Shown here one piece after another: positions 62,696 through 64,000 of a stretch of DNA of 64,000 bases. The stretch is taken from contig JBIIRM010000003.1 in assembly GCA_044341565.1 (NCBI GenBank), forward strand, positions 45,187 to 109,186. The letters run 5' to 3'. The stretch's first letter is position 1. Each line of letters opens with the position of its first letter. The DNA comes from Minisyncoccia bacterium (GTDB lineage: Bacteria > Patescibacteriota > Minisyncoccia > SW-4-49-11). A program made the position numbers and the translations under genes. The notes below the pieces were generated by a model. It did not search any database and had not been told where the DNA came from. It saw nothing but the letters and a program-made list of their open reading frames with translations.

Positions 62696-64000
62696 ATGTA
62701 TATGCATAATATTAGTAGAGATAATTTAGAAATTGCCAGTAAACAACTTTGGGATTTTTTGAAACCGTATATATCTTATCTTAATTCAGCTGATTTAGAG
62801 CAAGTAGAAATTGCTTTTATGCAAATGGTAGAAGCTCATCAGGAGCAAAGACGAAAAAGTGGAGAATATTATATTACTCACCCAGTCTCAGCTTGTATTA
62901 CTTTGGCTGATATGAAATTAGATAGGGATACATTAATTGCAGTATTACTTCATGATGTACCAGAAGACACCGAGGTAAGCCTAAGACAATTAGAAAAAGT
63001 ATTTAGTCATGAAGTGATTTTTCTCATTTCAGGAGTAACTAAATTATCTAGTATCAAATATCAAGGAGAAGATAGATATGCCGAGAATTTACGGCGTATG
63101 TTTGTTGCTATGAGTCGTGATATTCGGGTTATTTTTATCAAATTAGCTGATAGAATTCATAATCTCGAAACTCTTGATGCTCTACCTCTTGATAAGGCTC
63201 ATCGTATTGCTCTTGAGAGTTTAGAAATATATGCCCCTATTGCCGAGAGATTAGGTATGGGAAAATTTCAAGATAGATTAGAGAATTTAAGCTTTCCCTA
63301 TGCTTACCCTCAAGAATATAAAGCTTTAGTAGATGAGGTAAAGCAAGAATATAATATTCGCCAAAATGTATTAGAATATATTCAAAAGAATATCGAGCAT
63401 ATATTTGATGAAGAAGATATTGAGCATATTACTATTTATGGAAGAGCAAAAAAATATTATTCTTTGTATAAAAAATTAGATGCCGGGAAAACGGTAGATG
63501 AAGTATATGATTTGATTGCGCTAAGGATTATTACAAAAGATATTGCAATGTGTTATCAGGTATTCTCAATAATTCAATCTCATTTTGAGCCTCTTGAGAA
63601 TAGAGTAAAAGATTATATTGCCAAGCCAAAAGATAATGGATATCAAAGTATTCATACAACGGTTCAAGATAAGGATACAGGAATGGTATTTGAAGTACAA
63701 ATTCGCACGGAGGAAATGCATGAATATTGTGAATATGGAGTTGCATCACATTGGTCGTATAAACAAAAATCAGATATAGATACTCATTCTTTTATTGATA
63801 CAGATAAATTTAAATGGATACAAGATTTAGTTAATTTAGGTAAAGAGCCATTGTCGGAAGAAGAGTATTTACAATATGTAAAATTAGATTTATTTCAGGA
63901 TCAAATTTTTGTTATGACACCAAAGGGGGATGCTATTCGTTTACTTGAAGGTGCTACGGCTCTTGATTTTGCTTTTCGTATTCATCAAGATATTGGAAGA
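62696..64000 (+). CDS. bifunctional (p)ppGpp synthetase/hydrolase RelA/SpoT family, 3'-truncated by the window end
   Basis: HD-domain motifs (YITHPVSACITLA, LLHDVPED), a RelA_SpoT synthetase region (DLIALRIIT..., YQSIHTTV) and the start of a TGS domain. The ORF continues past nt 64000. It is not listed in the ORF track because it has no stop in the window. Confidence 0.85.
   Translation, partial: MYMHNISRDNLEIASKQLWDFLKPYISYLNSADLEQVEIAFMQMVEAHQEQRRKSGEYYITHPVSACITLADMKLDRDTLIAVLLHDVPEDTEVSLRQLEKVFSHEVIFLISGVTKLSSIKYQGEDRYAENLRRMFVAMSRDIRVIFIKLADRIHNLETLDALPLDKAHRIALESLEIYAPIAERLGMGKFQDRLENLSFPYAYPQEYKALVDEVKQEYNIRQNVLEYIQKNIEHIFDEEDIEHITIYGRAKKYYSLYKKLDAGKTVDEVYDLIALRIITKDIAMCYQVFSIIQSHFEPLENRVKDYIAKPKDNGYQSIHTTVQDKDTGMVFEVQIRTEEMHEYCEYGVASHWSYKQKSDIDTHSFIDTDKFKWIQDLVNLGKEPLSEEEYLQYVKLDLFQDQIFVMTPKGDAIRLLEGATALDFAFRIHQDIGR

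Overview
This 64 kb window is an AT-rich (roughly one-third GC) bacterial chromosome segment with tightly packed, mostly short-intergenic genes. Housekeeping content includes ileS, a valS-like class I aaRS, trpS, serS, dnaX, rpmA, ruvA, rpiB, tkt, rpe, murA, a Mur-ligase family gene, relA/spoT (3' end runs off the window), trxB, a peroxiredoxin, two DsbA-like and two glutaredoxin-like genes, an rfbC/rfbD pair, a 6-phosphogluconate dehydrogenase-like gene, and a glycogen-type cluster (GT4 synthase-like, alpha-glucan phosphorylase). There are at least three type IV pilin-like genes whose large C-terminal domains differ (FGE-sulfatase-like plus delta-60 beta-propeller; LamG-like; fibrinogen-related). 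Together with a lone VirB4/VirD4-like ATPase and the reduced metabolic style, this points to a small-genome episymbiont-like bacterium (CPR/Patescibacteria-like); that lineage call is inference. The standard genetic code appears to be in use, since the long ORFs are intact with TGA as stop. The left ~5 kb is an accessory, defense-like island: the 3' part of a DUF2075 P-loop ATPase/helicase-like gene, an OLD-family ABC-ATPase+Toprim nuclease whose N-terminus has no canonical start codon, a small basic ORF, a PD-(D/E)xK-like ORF and two membrane proteins. Several GC-rich (~50% GC) islands sit inside the AT-rich backbone. Two of them carry secreted cell-wall-enzyme-type proteins (YkuD-like, SH3b, M23 peptidase). 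Others are promoter-driven, terminator-bounded GC-rich segments with no convincing ORF and may be ncRNAs. A CrtI-family desaturase, a UbiA-family prenyltransferase and a Trp-rich membrane protein, with an IDI gene elsewhere, resemble a C50-carotenoid-type module. The tRNA locus at 15.2 kb is unusual: one tRNA-like gene lacks most of its anticodon arm and the next carries a ~21-27 nt insertion in the anticodon region. Three families of short GC-rich hairpin repeats are dispersed in intergenic DNA. The 3' 20 nt of tRNA-Leu(CAA) is directly repeated ~190 bp downstream. No CRISPR array, rRNA gene or obvious transposase/integrase gene was seen.
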